Assembly: GCA_025201805.1 (NCBI GenBank)
Contig: MU619253.1
Location: 250,202 to 314,201 of the forward strand
DNA: 64,000 nt
Direction of reading: 5' to 3'
Source: Parasitella parasitica NRRL 2501
Taxonomy: Eukaryota > Fungi > Mucoromycota
Shown: one piece after another, positions 28,100 through 39,785 of the stretch
Numbering within the stretch: position 1 is the first letter of the stretch
Layout of the letters: each line of letters opens with the position of its first letter
Program-made: the position numbers and the translations under genes
Notes under the pieces: model-generated
Seen by the model: only the letters and a program-made list of their open reading frames with translations
The model's database searches: none
Told to the model about the DNA's origin: nothing

Positions 28100-29402
28100 A
28101 TGTCTTGTTCATACAGGTTTATAAATTCATCTTTATCTCAATTACCCAATGATAGGTTGGTAACTCATGTTGACATCATGTTCACATCATTCAGATATCT
28201 TCTAACATATACGGACTCTCAGGGACCATGATATAATACTAAGACAACAGCCAACAAGAGCCAAAATTAGTGTACCAAATGAACGAGAGAAAAGGTCAAT
28301 AGAGCCTCCGCCCATATTGCAAATGAAGTGGATCAATGTTTCGAGCGACGAGAAAAAGTAAAAAAAAAAAAAAAAGAAAAGTCTTCAAGACATCCTCAAA
28401 CTCAAGTAATGATTAATAGCCTTCTGTGAAATAGACAAGCGTTACAAAGCCCTTTTTACTTTGCAATAGTGAACATTGTGCATGCTGAAACACCAGACAC
28501 AACATGTCCATTACCAACAAGAGAATATCTATCAGGTGCCACCGTATCCTCACTTTGTAGACTAAAAGATGTCGACAATACAGACGGCGGATTTTTTGTA
28601 TTTGGCGATTTAGCAGTGAAAAAACCAGGCCTCTTTCGACTCTACTTTAGCCTCTTTGAAATGATAGAGTATACATGTTTGCGATTATTATGTGTAACTT
28701 GTTTTACTAAATTAACCCTTTTAAAAATATACTCGACTAGTGGCAGAGTCAAAAATCGCAAAAATACTTTATCCAACGCATTTATGGTTTACACAACCAA
28801 ACAATACCCAGGTCCCATTGAATCTACCTTCTTGTCGCGCACATTTTCGGACCAAGGTGTCAAAATTCGAGTGAGAAAGTCTCATCAGATGAGCTCCACC
28901 GCCACCTCCTCCTACAAAAAGAAAAGGTAATCATTTTGTATTTGTGCATTATATCTAAATAGAGTAAAAATTCGAATCCATGGTTTGTAGTAGGACCAAC
29001 TTTGCTGTAGCACGAAAAAACCGAAAATGCCATAGTATTTGCCATCCATATCCAACGAAGGAAGTTTTGCCTCCACCTTCATACGCTTCTGAAAGCATTG
29101 TACATTTTGGTAGATGGCATTCGTCAAAGCCTAACAACAACGGAAACAACAGAAACAGTGCGGACATAACTGACTCTGGTAATATTGTGTCTTTCTCACC
29201 GTCAATGGCCTCTTCTCCTACGCTGTCTACTTGCTCATCATCAAACAGTGTTTATTTACCACCAATCACTCAACTTCCTTGTAATATAGAAAACACATCA
29301 CATTCGTTTTATCGGTTACCTCCCTTGCGCGAAATCCTGTATAGTAAGCATTCGAGCGAAACGTACAATTCTTTGCCGATTGATGCTTCATTCTTTAAAT
29401 AA
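28100..29402 (+). CDS. Velvet-domain transcription factor, multi-exon
   Basis: IILRQQPTRAK, RSIEPPPILQM, LSGATVSSLCRLKDVDNTDGGFFVFGDLAVKKPGLFRLYFSLFE, STFLSRTFSDQGVKIRVRK; exact last splice acceptor uncertain. Confidence 0.92.
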
Positions 29403-29886
29403 AATTAAAAAGGAATATACACTCTTTGTTGACTTTAGGAATCTGCCCATTCAAATGACCTTGATCAGCAAATGTCAACATCTGTTGCAATCCTCAATTC
29501 TCTTGAGACTTATTATTGAACCTTTGTATTCTTTTCTAGTAAACTACTATATAGTACAATTAACCCGCGTTTAGTCTGAAGATTTTAGACTGATGAATAC
29601 GCGGTTCATTAAGGGAATCACATTGATATGAAGCCCATATCGGCACGAAACATTTTGCTGTGTTTATCAGTATTTCATCAATAAACCCATTATAATTTAA
29701 TCAGCTTCATGAATCAGAGCAGGTTTATTTGAAAGAAAAAAAAAACCAATAGATTGTCTGATCAAATCTATATTTGTACGCACTTTTCTCTAAATGATCT
29801 TTTTACGCTGAATCTACAATAGAATCAAGTTTAAAGAGTCTATGTCCATGTTCATTGATTAGTAGCAGCCATTACGGAGGGAATTG

Positions 29887-29899
29887 ATTGGTTTACGTG
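29887..29899 (+). promoter_or_regulatory. Putative UPR element: ATTGG (inverted CCAAT) next to TACGTG
   Basis: ATTGGTTTACGTG about 115 bp upstream of the Herp-like ATG; function inferred only. Confidence 0.4.
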
Positions 29900-30012
29900 T
29901 TCAAATGTGACCATAAATGAGTTGATGCTTTCGGCATCAAATATTGGTTTTCTTCCACTCACTCGCTCGTAGCCGTTTGTAGACATACTATCAGTAGCGA
30001 TAGCAATAAATC

Positions 30013-31375
30013 ATGGAAGACATTATAGATAAAGAAATAACAGTGCACGTTCGGTCTCCATCCCTCAACGAGACGCTACAAGTAAAGACCACCTTGAATG
30101 CAACAGTGTTAACTCTAAAGAGCTCTATCGAACCTGTACATCCTCATCATCCAAAACCAGCTAACCAGCGAATTATTTACAGTGGAAAGTTACTAGAGGA
30201 TACTGATATGTTGGTAAATTTGTTGAAAAAGAATGACCAACAAGTTATTCCCACTTTTCATCTCGTTGTTAAACCCTCGCCCGACGCTTCCGCTTCCCGT
30301 ACTCAAACGCCTCTGCCAACTATCACCCCTCCTCCTTGCCCGCAACAGCCTCAACATTCGAATCCATTTTCATTTAGTGGAATTCCTCACAACACAGGTT
30401 TTACTATGCCGCAGCATCAGTATCAGCAGCAACCACAACCAGCGTATCCTTCCTCGTTACCAGGAGGGTATCAAATCGTATACATAAAGTACGTACACTT
30501 TCTGCATTTGCATAACTTACTAAAATCCTTGCTATAGTGGTCAGTATTATCTTGCGCCAACACTCGTCTTGTCTCAAAATCTACCCCCTCAACAATCAGC
30601 AAATACCCAGATGTTTCCAACAGCCCAACATTCATTGTATCAACAGCCACCTGCTGCATTTGCCTCTCACCAACCACCCACTCAGCAGCAACAGCAGCAA
30701 CAGCAGCAAGAACCTATCGTACAGCCTTATATTAATCAACTTGCCCAACCACAACAGCATCAGCAACAGCAACAGCAAAATAACCCGATTTTTGGAGCAA
30801 ATGGGCCTATACTTGCCCAGCCAGCCAATGCTCAGCGTGCGGCATCCATTTGGCTTGCTTTAAAACTCATTGTTGTCTTGTTCATGCTGTGTCAAGGCGC
30901 TAGTATTGAGCGTATCTTTATTTTCCACGTAATTGCGTTTGTATTCTTCTTTTACCAAACAGGGAGATTGAGATTTGTATTGCGTCGGGTTCGAGTTGAA
31001 GATTTAAACAGATTCAGGCCTGGTAATGATGGGGGATTGCAGAGGCCTGCTCCTCCCCCCGCGGCATCTAATCCTACTCCCAACGTGAATGGCAATCCCA
31101 GTGCAGAAGGCGCTTCTACGTCTGTTGCTAGCGATAATAGCAATTTGACCCAAAGAAGACAAGATAGCGGTGAAGCATCTGCGTCTGGTGAGAATGCCAC
31201 TTTTGCTTCTAATCATGCTGCTGCCAATGAACCAGCTAGGCTCATTACGGCTTTGGACGTCTGGAAAAGAGGGGTTTACACTTTTTTTGCGTCTTTGTGG
31301 CCTACTTATGGCGTTGATTCTCAAATCGCTCAAGCGTTTCAAAACGACAATAACAACAATAACCAAGAGCAATGA
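30013..31375 (+). CDS. Ubiquitin-like-domain membrane protein (Herp/Usa1-like, probable ERAD factor), 2 exons
   Basis: N-terminal UBL (HPHHPKPANQRIIYSGKLLED..FHLVVK), Q/P-rich linker, TM pair WLALKLIVVLFML / FVFFFYQTG, C-terminal TFFASLWP. Confidence 0.8.
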
Positions 31376-31666
31376 GATTTAACACTATTTGGCAAGCTGT
31401 TTTTTTTAAAAAATAAAATAAAATAAAAACAAACCTATCGGCGGTGGTGCTTTCTTTGACGCCATTGCTAGGCTTTGACATGCAACTTGACAGTTTTCAT
31501 CATGTACTGTATTTAGTCATTCAACTTGTAGTGGTGGTTTTCATCATTCGATGTCATCAAAAAAGAAAAAAGAAAAAAAAAAAAAAGAAAAAAAAAACAG
31601 AGTCAAAATGAATGACATGCAAGATCATTTTCCTTCTTTCTCTCCTTCGCAAATATAATACACACT

Positions 31667-32098
31667 ATGGATGTCCAAATAAAACCAAACGACAGGCTTA
31701 TACAAGAAGAACTCCTGCAGCCAAAAAGAAGTCCAATACCAGAGTCTATTAAAAAGAAGCGCAAATTGGAGGAACTGCAACGCCTCAACAATGATCAACT
31801 CTCATTTTCAGACAATGACTTTTCTGATGCTGATTCCGGCCTGATGCCCAACGACACCAACACAGCAAAGCTTAAAAAGATGCACCGCAAGAAGAACAAA
31901 GCAGTATCAGCGGAAAAAGAGATGTGCATGTCAGATCGATGCAAATTAGCGAAAGCACAGCTCCTCTACATCACAAGAGAGAATGAAATGTTATGCGACG
32001 AATGGTCGTCAACAGAAAAGGTCCTGAAAAAGCTGAAAACCGAGAGGAAAGTATTGTTAGACGCTCTGGTTAAGAAGAGATACAGGGATGCTGAATAA
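31667..32098 (+). CDS. Small basic coiled-coil protein, INO80 subunit E/TBRG1-like
   Basis: 143-aa ORF; KLAKAQLLYITRENEMLCDEWSSTEKVLKKLKTERKVLLDAL resembles the INO80E-type coiled coil. Confidence 0.55.
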   Translation: MDVQIKPNDRLIQEELLQPKRSPIPESIKKKRKLEELQRLNNDQLSFSDNDFSDADSGLMPNDTNTAKLKKMHRKKNKAVSAEKEMCMSDRCKLAKAQLLYITRENEMLCDEWSSTEKVLKKLKTERKVLLDALVKKRYRDAE

Positions 32099-32187
32099 AG
32101 ATAACTTTCTTGTTTCCATTACAATTACAAGATGATTTTTATGTGCATGTGTATGTACCTTGATTCTATATATTAACATGTATGAAT

Positions 32188-33382
32188 TTATGCGGATTCT
32201 TCGTTGTGGAATTCTTTGGCAAACGTTTCAGCAACAATCAATGGGAACACGAGCGTAGCATCAGCATAAACCTTGCAAGATCTGCTATCAGCACGGATTT
32301 TCCCCCAAGATACAGCTTCATCAGGGCGAGCGCCTGCATCGCTACCATCAAACTCCTGCCCAGTGTTGATATAGACAGCATAGTCAGCCCCGTTTCTCAT
32401 TAAATTGGCGTTGCAAATATGATGCTTGATAACACCACCACCCAAAATAATCATTCCAGTCTTCTTGGCAAATACAGCTTGATTGTTCATGGCACGGATG
32501 TCAGCGGCAATGTCGATGACGAGTCCAGGGTTTCTGTAGGAATGGAAATAGATCATATCGCCCAAAGAACCATCAGTAATGGCAGGGGAAAAAACGGGAA
32601 TCTTGTTTTTGGAAGTCCAATAGTAAATGCTCGATTCGTCGTTAATTTCATTACCAAGACGTTCGATCAAAGTGGAAGGTGTCCAAACGATTCCTTGACT
32701 TTTTTGCTCTTCCAGCATTTTGTCAAAAATAGGGATGACCCAATCCTCAAATTTACAATAGTTGTTGTTGGGCACCAGCAGATTGCCAATTCGATTCAAA
32801 CCCTTTTTACGAAGATCGCTGCCCTTTAATGCAAATTCGCCGAGATAAGTAGGAGCAAGACATTTGATGAAATCTTCCTCTACGCCGCCCGCAGACGCTA
32901 CAATGACATCTACCATTTTGTGCTGGACTAAAAACCGAATAATCTCTCGCAAACCTGAAGACACTAAATTGGATGTGTAGCCCAAAAAGATTTTGCATTT
33001 CGTCTTTTTGCGAACTTCAGGATCGAGGTATTCTACATTTTCGTCAGGAGCAGCAGCCTCATCAGAAAGGCGCCATTTTCTCTATATAATGTTGTTAATA
33101 ATCCATAGTATTTTNNNNNNNNNNNNNNNNNNNNNNNNNNNNNNCAGTATTGATACTTGTTGATGCTACCATTTCCTTGATGATTTCCATAGCCTCGCCG
33201 AGACTGCTGCCTTGATAACCGATTTGTTTGTAAGATCCTAATAACTGGGAGAGTGTCAATTTCTTGTTGAAATCTGGGCCTTGAATAAGGACAGAGCCTG
33301 TAGGCATTTCAACAGATTCAACAAAAACTGCATTCAACGCAGCAGTAGGTTGTGCTGCAGTGTTATTTTCGCTACTTGACAT
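32188..33382 (-). CDS. DYS1: Deoxyhypusine synthase, 2 exons (intron contains an N gap)
   Basis: [69 protein letters not shown]. Confidence 0.97.
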
Positions 33383-34323
33383 GTTGATTTAATAAGTATG
33401 TAGAAGAACAGCTGTTGCAACTAAAAGTTTTTTTCTGGATTTCGATGGAAGATGCGTCGCAAAGAGTCACAGCTCTTAACAAATTGCCAACAGCTACAGT
33501 GAATCTTGGTACCGTAATTGATGTAGGCACTTGACCATACAATAGGAATTCCAGTGACATACATCTATGATTGTATACTCTAAAGAAGGCCTTCTAGTTT
33601 TATGTGATTCTGGATTTTACCTAATTGTTATCAAGACTTTTTTTCAAGCCAAATTACTTGTGATTTCTCTGCGTCAATGTCGGCTTAATGTAACAGACGT
33701 CGGGCGGAAACCATCAGTGTGTTTTTTTTATTTTATTTTATTTTATAGCGCTACGAATCTGTATGATTTAAAATCATTAAATGAAAATGATAATTCAGTC
33801 TGACGGAATCTAATATTCCAAATGTTGGCAACTTGTTTGTACTCAAATATCTACTTGAGTGCTTTATTTCGTAGTATTATTTGATGTTTTCCTCTGATCT
33901 CCAAAATCTGTAACGGAAGGTGTACTTGGCCCAAATTTTTTGAGGTGTTAAAGTCTATACAAATCAAGCAGTAGTAATTATCAACCAGATAAGTTAAGCT
34001 TGAAGTTGATATACACTAGCTGCAATGCTTTTAGTGAGCCTTCCCCACCCCCCTCCTCTCCCCTACACACATCAAGAGTGGAATGCGATCAAAATTATGT
34101 TATATTCAAGTGATTCTAGGTTTCGAAGCGGAATTAAAAGAAGTGAATTTCTAGCAGCATCTCAATGCTACAAACCGATATCTACACACCTTCTTTTACT
34201 GAAAAGATGTGTATGAATGCTGCTCTACCTGTTCTTCGTAGCATGAGCTTAATGTATAACGAAACATTAAGGGAGATCTTTGATCTTGAACATCCTTACG
34301 TGACGTTTTCACGGACATGAATT

Positions 34324-34335
34324 GTTGACGTCAAC
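34324..34335. promoter_or_regulatory. CRE/ATF-type palindrome GTTGACGTCAAC upstream of VMA3
   Basis: 12-bp perfect palindrome containing TGACGTCA about 200 bp before the ATG; a second TGACGT at 34301. Confidence 0.45.
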
Positions 34336-34534
34336 GAACACACAGGTGTAAAAGGCTTTTCTCTGTTAGACTTTTGCTGTTTCTTCTTCTTCACACCAAT
34401 ATAAAAAACTTTTCCCCTTTTTTAACAAAGTACGAAAGAGTTAGTAGTGATATTTTTAAACTGATAGTTGCCGTATGCAGGGGCATTTGTATTAACAATA
34501 TGATTTATTTTATTAGATACATACACAATAGAAA

Positions 34535-35444
34535 ATGAGTGAATACTGGTAAGTTCTCTCTTTGGTAATCATGAAAACATACATTTCTCAATATTTTACT
34601 GCATCATTCTAGTCCTGTTTATGCACCCTTCTTTGGTACCATGGGTTGTGCTGCTGCCATCGTCTTCAGTTGTAAGTAAATCTTTTTCTTGAAGCATAAT
34701 AAAACGAGGCAAAAAAAGTCGCGCTTTGTTCCCTCGGTGCCTTTCTCGTTTTAGATGTGTTTTTTTTTTATTTTGTTACACGATTATTCTAACCGTTCTG
34801 TTTGAATGTTTGAAGGCCTCGGTGCTGCTTATGGTACTGCCAAGTCTGGTGTTGGACTTTCCGCTATGGGTGTCTTGCGTCCTGATTTAGTTTTGAAGTG
34901 TATTGTTCCTGTCGTCATGGCTGGTATTTTGGGTATTTATGGTGTCGTTGTATCTGTACTTTTATCTGGTGGTCGTAAGTATCATATTCCTTAGATGTTT
35001 CAAGTTTTGATTTAGCGCGTTTCCAAGTATTTTCTTTTTGGGTGTACTGAATCATTTTGTATCGTCATATAGTTGCCATGAAGCAAACTCTCTTCAGTGG
35101 CTTCATCCAAATGGCTGCCGGTCTCTCTGTCGGTCTCTCATGCCTTGCTGGTAAGTTACGATGTCGTACCTGACTTATGTTTATCGTAAACTTATGTCTT
35201 CTGAATAGCTGGTATTGCCATCGGTATTACTGGTGATGCTGGTGTCCGTGCTACTGCTCAACAACCCAGAATGTTTGTTGGCATGGTAAGTGCCTGGAGT
35301 TGTTGTTTATCAACATTATCATTTGCTGACTATCTTTGATAGATTTTGATTTTGATTTTCGCTGAAGTCTTGGGTCTTTATGGTCTTATTGTTGCTTTGA
35401 TTCTTAACACTAAGGCTTCTGGTCAAGAGAATGTCTGTAACTAA
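34535..35444 (+). CDS. VMA3: V-ATPase 16-kDa proteolipid subunit c, 6 exons
   Basis: MSEYC|[80 protein letters not shown]. Confidence 0.97.
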
Positions 35445-36755
35445 GTTTCAAAAATCGAGATTGAAAAAAGTAAAATAACAAGCAAAGAGAATCGAAGAAA
35501 AAAAAAGAAATGGAATTCTTTATTCCCCTTTTCTTTATTATTTTAACTAATATCATATAGTTTATTCCTCACTCCCTTCATCTCCATAAATCGATTAAAC
35601 CTTTAAAAAAACTAAAGAGATTAGTAAATCATTGCCTTGTGTTTATGCTATGAGCCATGCGTACGTATATCGCTAGCTGGTATACCTCATTCGTTTGAAT
35701 TTGCTCAGTTCTTGTCAACTCGAAGTGTTTGTTTGCATTATACGGTATTGAATTGCATGACAAGTAACAAAAATCAACTGTTGGCACGTAATTCTATTTG
35801 ATGCGATATTACTATTAAAATTCTTTTTTATCTAAGTGAAATAGAAGTGGTAATCTTCGTTAATTCTGCTTTATTGACACAAGCAAGGTTACCTAACAGA
35901 TAATCCACTAACTATCGGTCAGTTTGTAGTATGAATATTTGTTGGAGTTTCTTTACTCACAGCAGGAAACCCTTTTTTTGTGTTAGACTTTTGATGTATG
36001 TAGTCAAATTATACAAATTTAATTGGCCAGAGCCACCACCACCCCCCTTTTTTTTTGGCCCATTATCAGGTTGAATGAATAGATTGGCCTCTACTGCAGA
36101 CAAGTGGGTAGGATGGTCCTACTCAAGACAAGTGGGTAGCATATACTGCGTGTATAATTCGTTCTTTTTTTTAGGCTTTCAATTGCATTTTGTGCTGGAG
36201 CGTGTAGCTACAGAGCACTGCATTATATTCGATGGTTGTTGGAAACTGCTAATAATGTGTTGTGATTTTCAAGCCCATTGTATTAAAAAAGTTACATCGT
36301 TGCAACAGCTGTGATATTTTGAAGCCATATTAGCATGTGTTTATGCGACAAAGAAAAGATTTCCTCCTAGTTTTGTTGCATCATATAGACTGACGTTCGA
36401 TAGCGTCAATACCCTTACTTATTTAAGTACGCATCACATTTTAACTAGTGCTCGTTCTTTAAACAAAAGACTATTACAATTGTAATAAGTTTACTATATC
36501 GTTGTCCCTACTTAACTGTCTTAAATCGCTGTCTATCCTGATATAAATGTTCTTGCATCAAAATCTTTGCAGATAAACAAATGTTTAAATAAATACGTAA
36601 ACTGGGTGGCATACATACAAAAGCACTACTTTTTGATTTGTTACAGAGCAGTTTCGTACACTTCTAATTGCAGCGTAGAGTCGTATACGCACATCTTGTG
36701 ATGAACACCAATCGATTTTTAAGCTAACGTGGTGAGTCTGATTGACAGTATATAA

Positions 36756-36827
36756 CATGACTAGAATTAATTTGCTTGGGCTCTTTATCAGAAGCTATTT
36801 AAACTTGCTTTAAAAGGTCGTATAAAT
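36756..36827 (+). promoter_or_regulatory. Paralog 1 promoter: CATGACTAGAATT plus TATAAAT
   Basis: CATGAC at 36756, TATA at 36821 (65 bp apart); same layout upstream of the other two paralogs. Confidence 0.65.
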
Positions 36828-36865
36828 GGAGCAACTATTTCTATCGTCTACCAACTGTACAAAGA

Positions 36866-37471
36866 ATGAATTTTTTTAATCCTTTATCATTTACTATGAA
36901 AGATAAGTGTGTTACACGTGCTTACTTCCCTGCAGAAAATCCGTATTCCGTTGTCATTGCAAAATCTGAATTCTCAGGTCTTATCCCCACACACGGTGCT
37001 CCCTCTAGTCTTCTTCTGATTCTTCGTGAACAGTTTCCAAAAGGTACCGCTAAAATCAATCGCTCTGCACCGCAAGGCTGTAACAACTCTCAATCCTATG
37101 AAGATTACATTGAGGTTACTTTTAAAGACGAATTTTCACGACAAATTGCTCTGATGACGCCTTTCCAGCTTCAAGGTCGATGGATTAAAGTACACAGGAC
37201 TATAAATGTGTCAAAAGGTGACCTTTACCAGGTTTTTGTTAGTGGTATTCAACTATTAGATAATCCTTCTACATACTGGCAAGACGTTTTCGTGCACTTA
37301 GAGAAATTTGGCACTGTTGACTCGCTTCATCTTCACAGTACAGACAAGGGGGTTAGCCGCCACAATGGTGATGGATGTGCTATGCTGTTTACTCTGCCTG
37401 ACCGTATAAAAGATATATCTAATCACCCTATACTCAAAATATCTTACAGGAACCACCCTCTAAGTAGCTGA
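36866..37471 (+). CDS. Tandem paralog 1 of 3; LINE ORF1-like tandem RRM-type protein, intronless
   Basis: 201-aa ORF sharing PYSVVI, LREQFPKG, YIEVTFKDE, KFGTVD, HLH, GDGCA, HPILK with the next two ORFs. Confidence 0.8.
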   Translation: MNFFNPLSFTMKDKCVTRAYFPAENPYSVVIAKSEFSGLIPTHGAPSSLLLILREQFPKGTAKINRSAPQGCNNSQSYEDYIEVTFKDEFSRQIALMTPFQLQGRWIKVHRTINVSKGDLYQVFVSGIQLLDNPSTYWQDVFVHLEKFGTVDSLHLHSTDKGVSRHNGDGCAMLFTLPDRIKDISNHPILKISYRNHPLSS

Positions 37472-37886
37472 ATTCTATAAAAAAAAATCATGTCGAGGGG
37501 AGAAGAAGAGGCATTACATATGATGCATTTCATAAAATAAATACATATATACAACACACATAAAGAATTTACCCATAGTATAGCAAATTTAGATATATTT
37601 CAAACGAATATATAGGATATCTAGGAATATCAAAAGAANNNNNNNNNNAAAAAAAAAAAAAAAATTGGCAAAAACTTCCCGTTAATACAACATTGGTATT
37701 GTATGTATACATGCACTCACATCCAATACCTATTATCACCTTACAATTACATGTATTTCTATTGTAGTAAATTGAGCTTATCCTGTGATAAAGATGTACC
37801 AGAAGTGTCTGCATTTCCCCTATATTATTCATGTGATATTAGATATGGGATTTATATAGGGTTGTAAGTGATCATTCCACCGGTAT

Positions 37887-37954
37887 CATGACAAATTAAA
37901 GCTCATGGCTTCCTCGTATAAATTTTCGACACTCTTTTCCAATGTTGTATAAAT
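37887..37954 (+). promoter_or_regulatory. Paralog 2 promoter: CATGACAAATT plus TATAAAT
   Basis: CATGAC at 37887, TATA at 37948 (61 bp apart). Confidence 0.6.
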
Positions 37955-38010
37955 AAAGCATGTTTGCAATCTTCATTATTCTTTCGCACTTTTCCATAAA
38001 CTTTATATAA

Positions 38011-38601
38011 ATGACTTATTTCGATTTCAAACGAGATTTCTTTTCCCTCAAAGTTAAAGATGACTGTCCTAATCCTACCATATTTGAAGGCAGAAAACCC
38101 TACTCTATAGTCATTGAGATAGTAGAATCCCACTATGTCACTAGCTATATTGACGTCTCTGGCTATCTTGATGTCCTTCGCGAACAGTATCCCGAAGGCC
38201 TTGTTATTCTTACTCGTTATGCAGCTGCCGGGAAGTATATTGAGATTGGTTTTGGTGACGAATCAATGCGACATGCTGCTCTGTCAAAACCACCTATGAA
38301 AATTCGCGATCAACTAGTCCACGCAATAAAGTCTACATATTTGGGTGACAGGCTAGTCTATCGACTTAAAATCAAAAATATTGACTCCCTTGGGCGTCCA
38401 TATGAGTATAGGAAGTGGATTCTCGACCATTTGCAAAAATTTGGAACTGTTGAAGACCTCCATCTTCATTACACTGAAGGAGGTAATTGGTTTTTAGGTG
38501 AAGGTTGTGCCATTATCGTCATGTCTCCTGACGATAAACACCATGTTCTCAATCATCCAATACTCAAAATTTCAGTCGAGGAGTACAATGTGACCAGATA
38601 A
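38011..38601 (+). CDS. Tandem paralog 2 of 3; LINE ORF1-like tandem RRM-type protein, intronless
   Basis: 196-aa ORF; PYSIVI, LREQYPEG, YIEIGFGDE, KFGTVEDLHLHYTEGGNWFLGEGCAII, HPILK. Confidence 0.82.
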   Translation: MTYFDFKRDFFSLKVKDDCPNPTIFEGRKPYSIVIEIVESHYVTSYIDVSGYLDVLREQYPEGLVILTRYAAAGKYIEIGFGDESMRHAALSKPPMKIRDQLVHAIKSTYLGDRLVYRLKIKNIDSLGRPYEYRKWILDHLQKFGTVEDLHLHYTEGGNWFLGEGCAIIVMSPDDKHHVLNHPILKISVEEYNVTR

Positions 38602-39637
38602 TGATAAGCGTATATGATTTAGAAACTCAAAGACTTGTAGAAAAGTTGCAAAATAAATAAACATTGTTATGTCAATATTTTATGTACTATGCAATACTAT
38701 GAATGTATTGAGCGTGATGGATAAATTCTTCATCACAAATGAGAAGCGCATAAATTAAAGTATATGTAGAAAATGGCTCCATATAATATCTGTAGACATT
38801 AATTGCGCTCGAAAAAGCCGTAATTTATTTCAACGCTGATTGTATTATAAACAGTTTAAAGGTGTTCTCCATCCATGTTAAGAGGCGGGAGAAAGAAAGC
38901 ACCTTTAGGATTTTAAATGAGTAACTCAACATCGTTTATGTTGTCTCAAGTACAGCTTACAGCTGATATGGCTGTAACATAACGATTTTGCAATTACATT
39001 TTCACACTAGCCATGTATCAACTTTTCGAACCTCTGATCAATTAAATTACAATAAAATACATCCACTCACTGGATTTTGTGTTATGTAATTGCTAATGGT
39101 ATAACTCAGGTTTGCTTGCGGTTTGTTAAATTTTTGACTCAATCTCAAACTTGAGCCCTGAATAACAAGAGATGTATAACTACAAATTAAAAAGGGCGGC
39201 GATCACAAAGGGGTGATTTAACATATGAAGATCGTCTTGCATGTTATGCAATTATCTTATATTTGAATTGCTGTGGTATGTTTTAGAAGCTATAAGAAAC
39301 ACAGAAGCTTGGCAATGTATATTTATGTATCTGCAATTCCTCTAGTCGGTTTTGATCTACCATACAATGAAAAGATTTGCATAATGACATGTATCCTGTC
39401 ATCAGGCTGATCTTTTGGAAGATCAAACTGCAGGTAAATTGCATGGGTTTTCATATGCTAGCTATACTCTTCATAAATTAAGCCGAATTGTTGATCGTGT
39501 TACTATATGCGAGTAGTGACGAACACCATGTTATGGTCATCTTATGATAAGCAGCTCTCCAGGACTCTTGGATACAATGTATTACATTCATATGAAAACT
39601 GTTTCGGTACAACCTTTGACAGCTCTATTTCATGTAC

Positions 39638-39708
39638 CATGACACGAATTGACGTTTTTTGAGTATTTGATTAAAATGTTTCTGCTTGATTTCAAAGGTT
39701 ATATAAAT
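39638..39708 (+). promoter_or_regulatory. Paralog 3 promoter: CATGACACGAATT plus TATAAAT
   Basis: CATGAC at 39638, TATA at 39702 (64 bp apart); upstream TTGACAG and AAAGGT before TATA shared with paralog 1. Confidence 0.65.
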
Positions 39709-39785
39709 GTGAACCTTGTTCTCTAATTCGTTCAAACATCACTTTACCGCTAATTTTTTTCACCATTCATCGACTACACAAAAAA

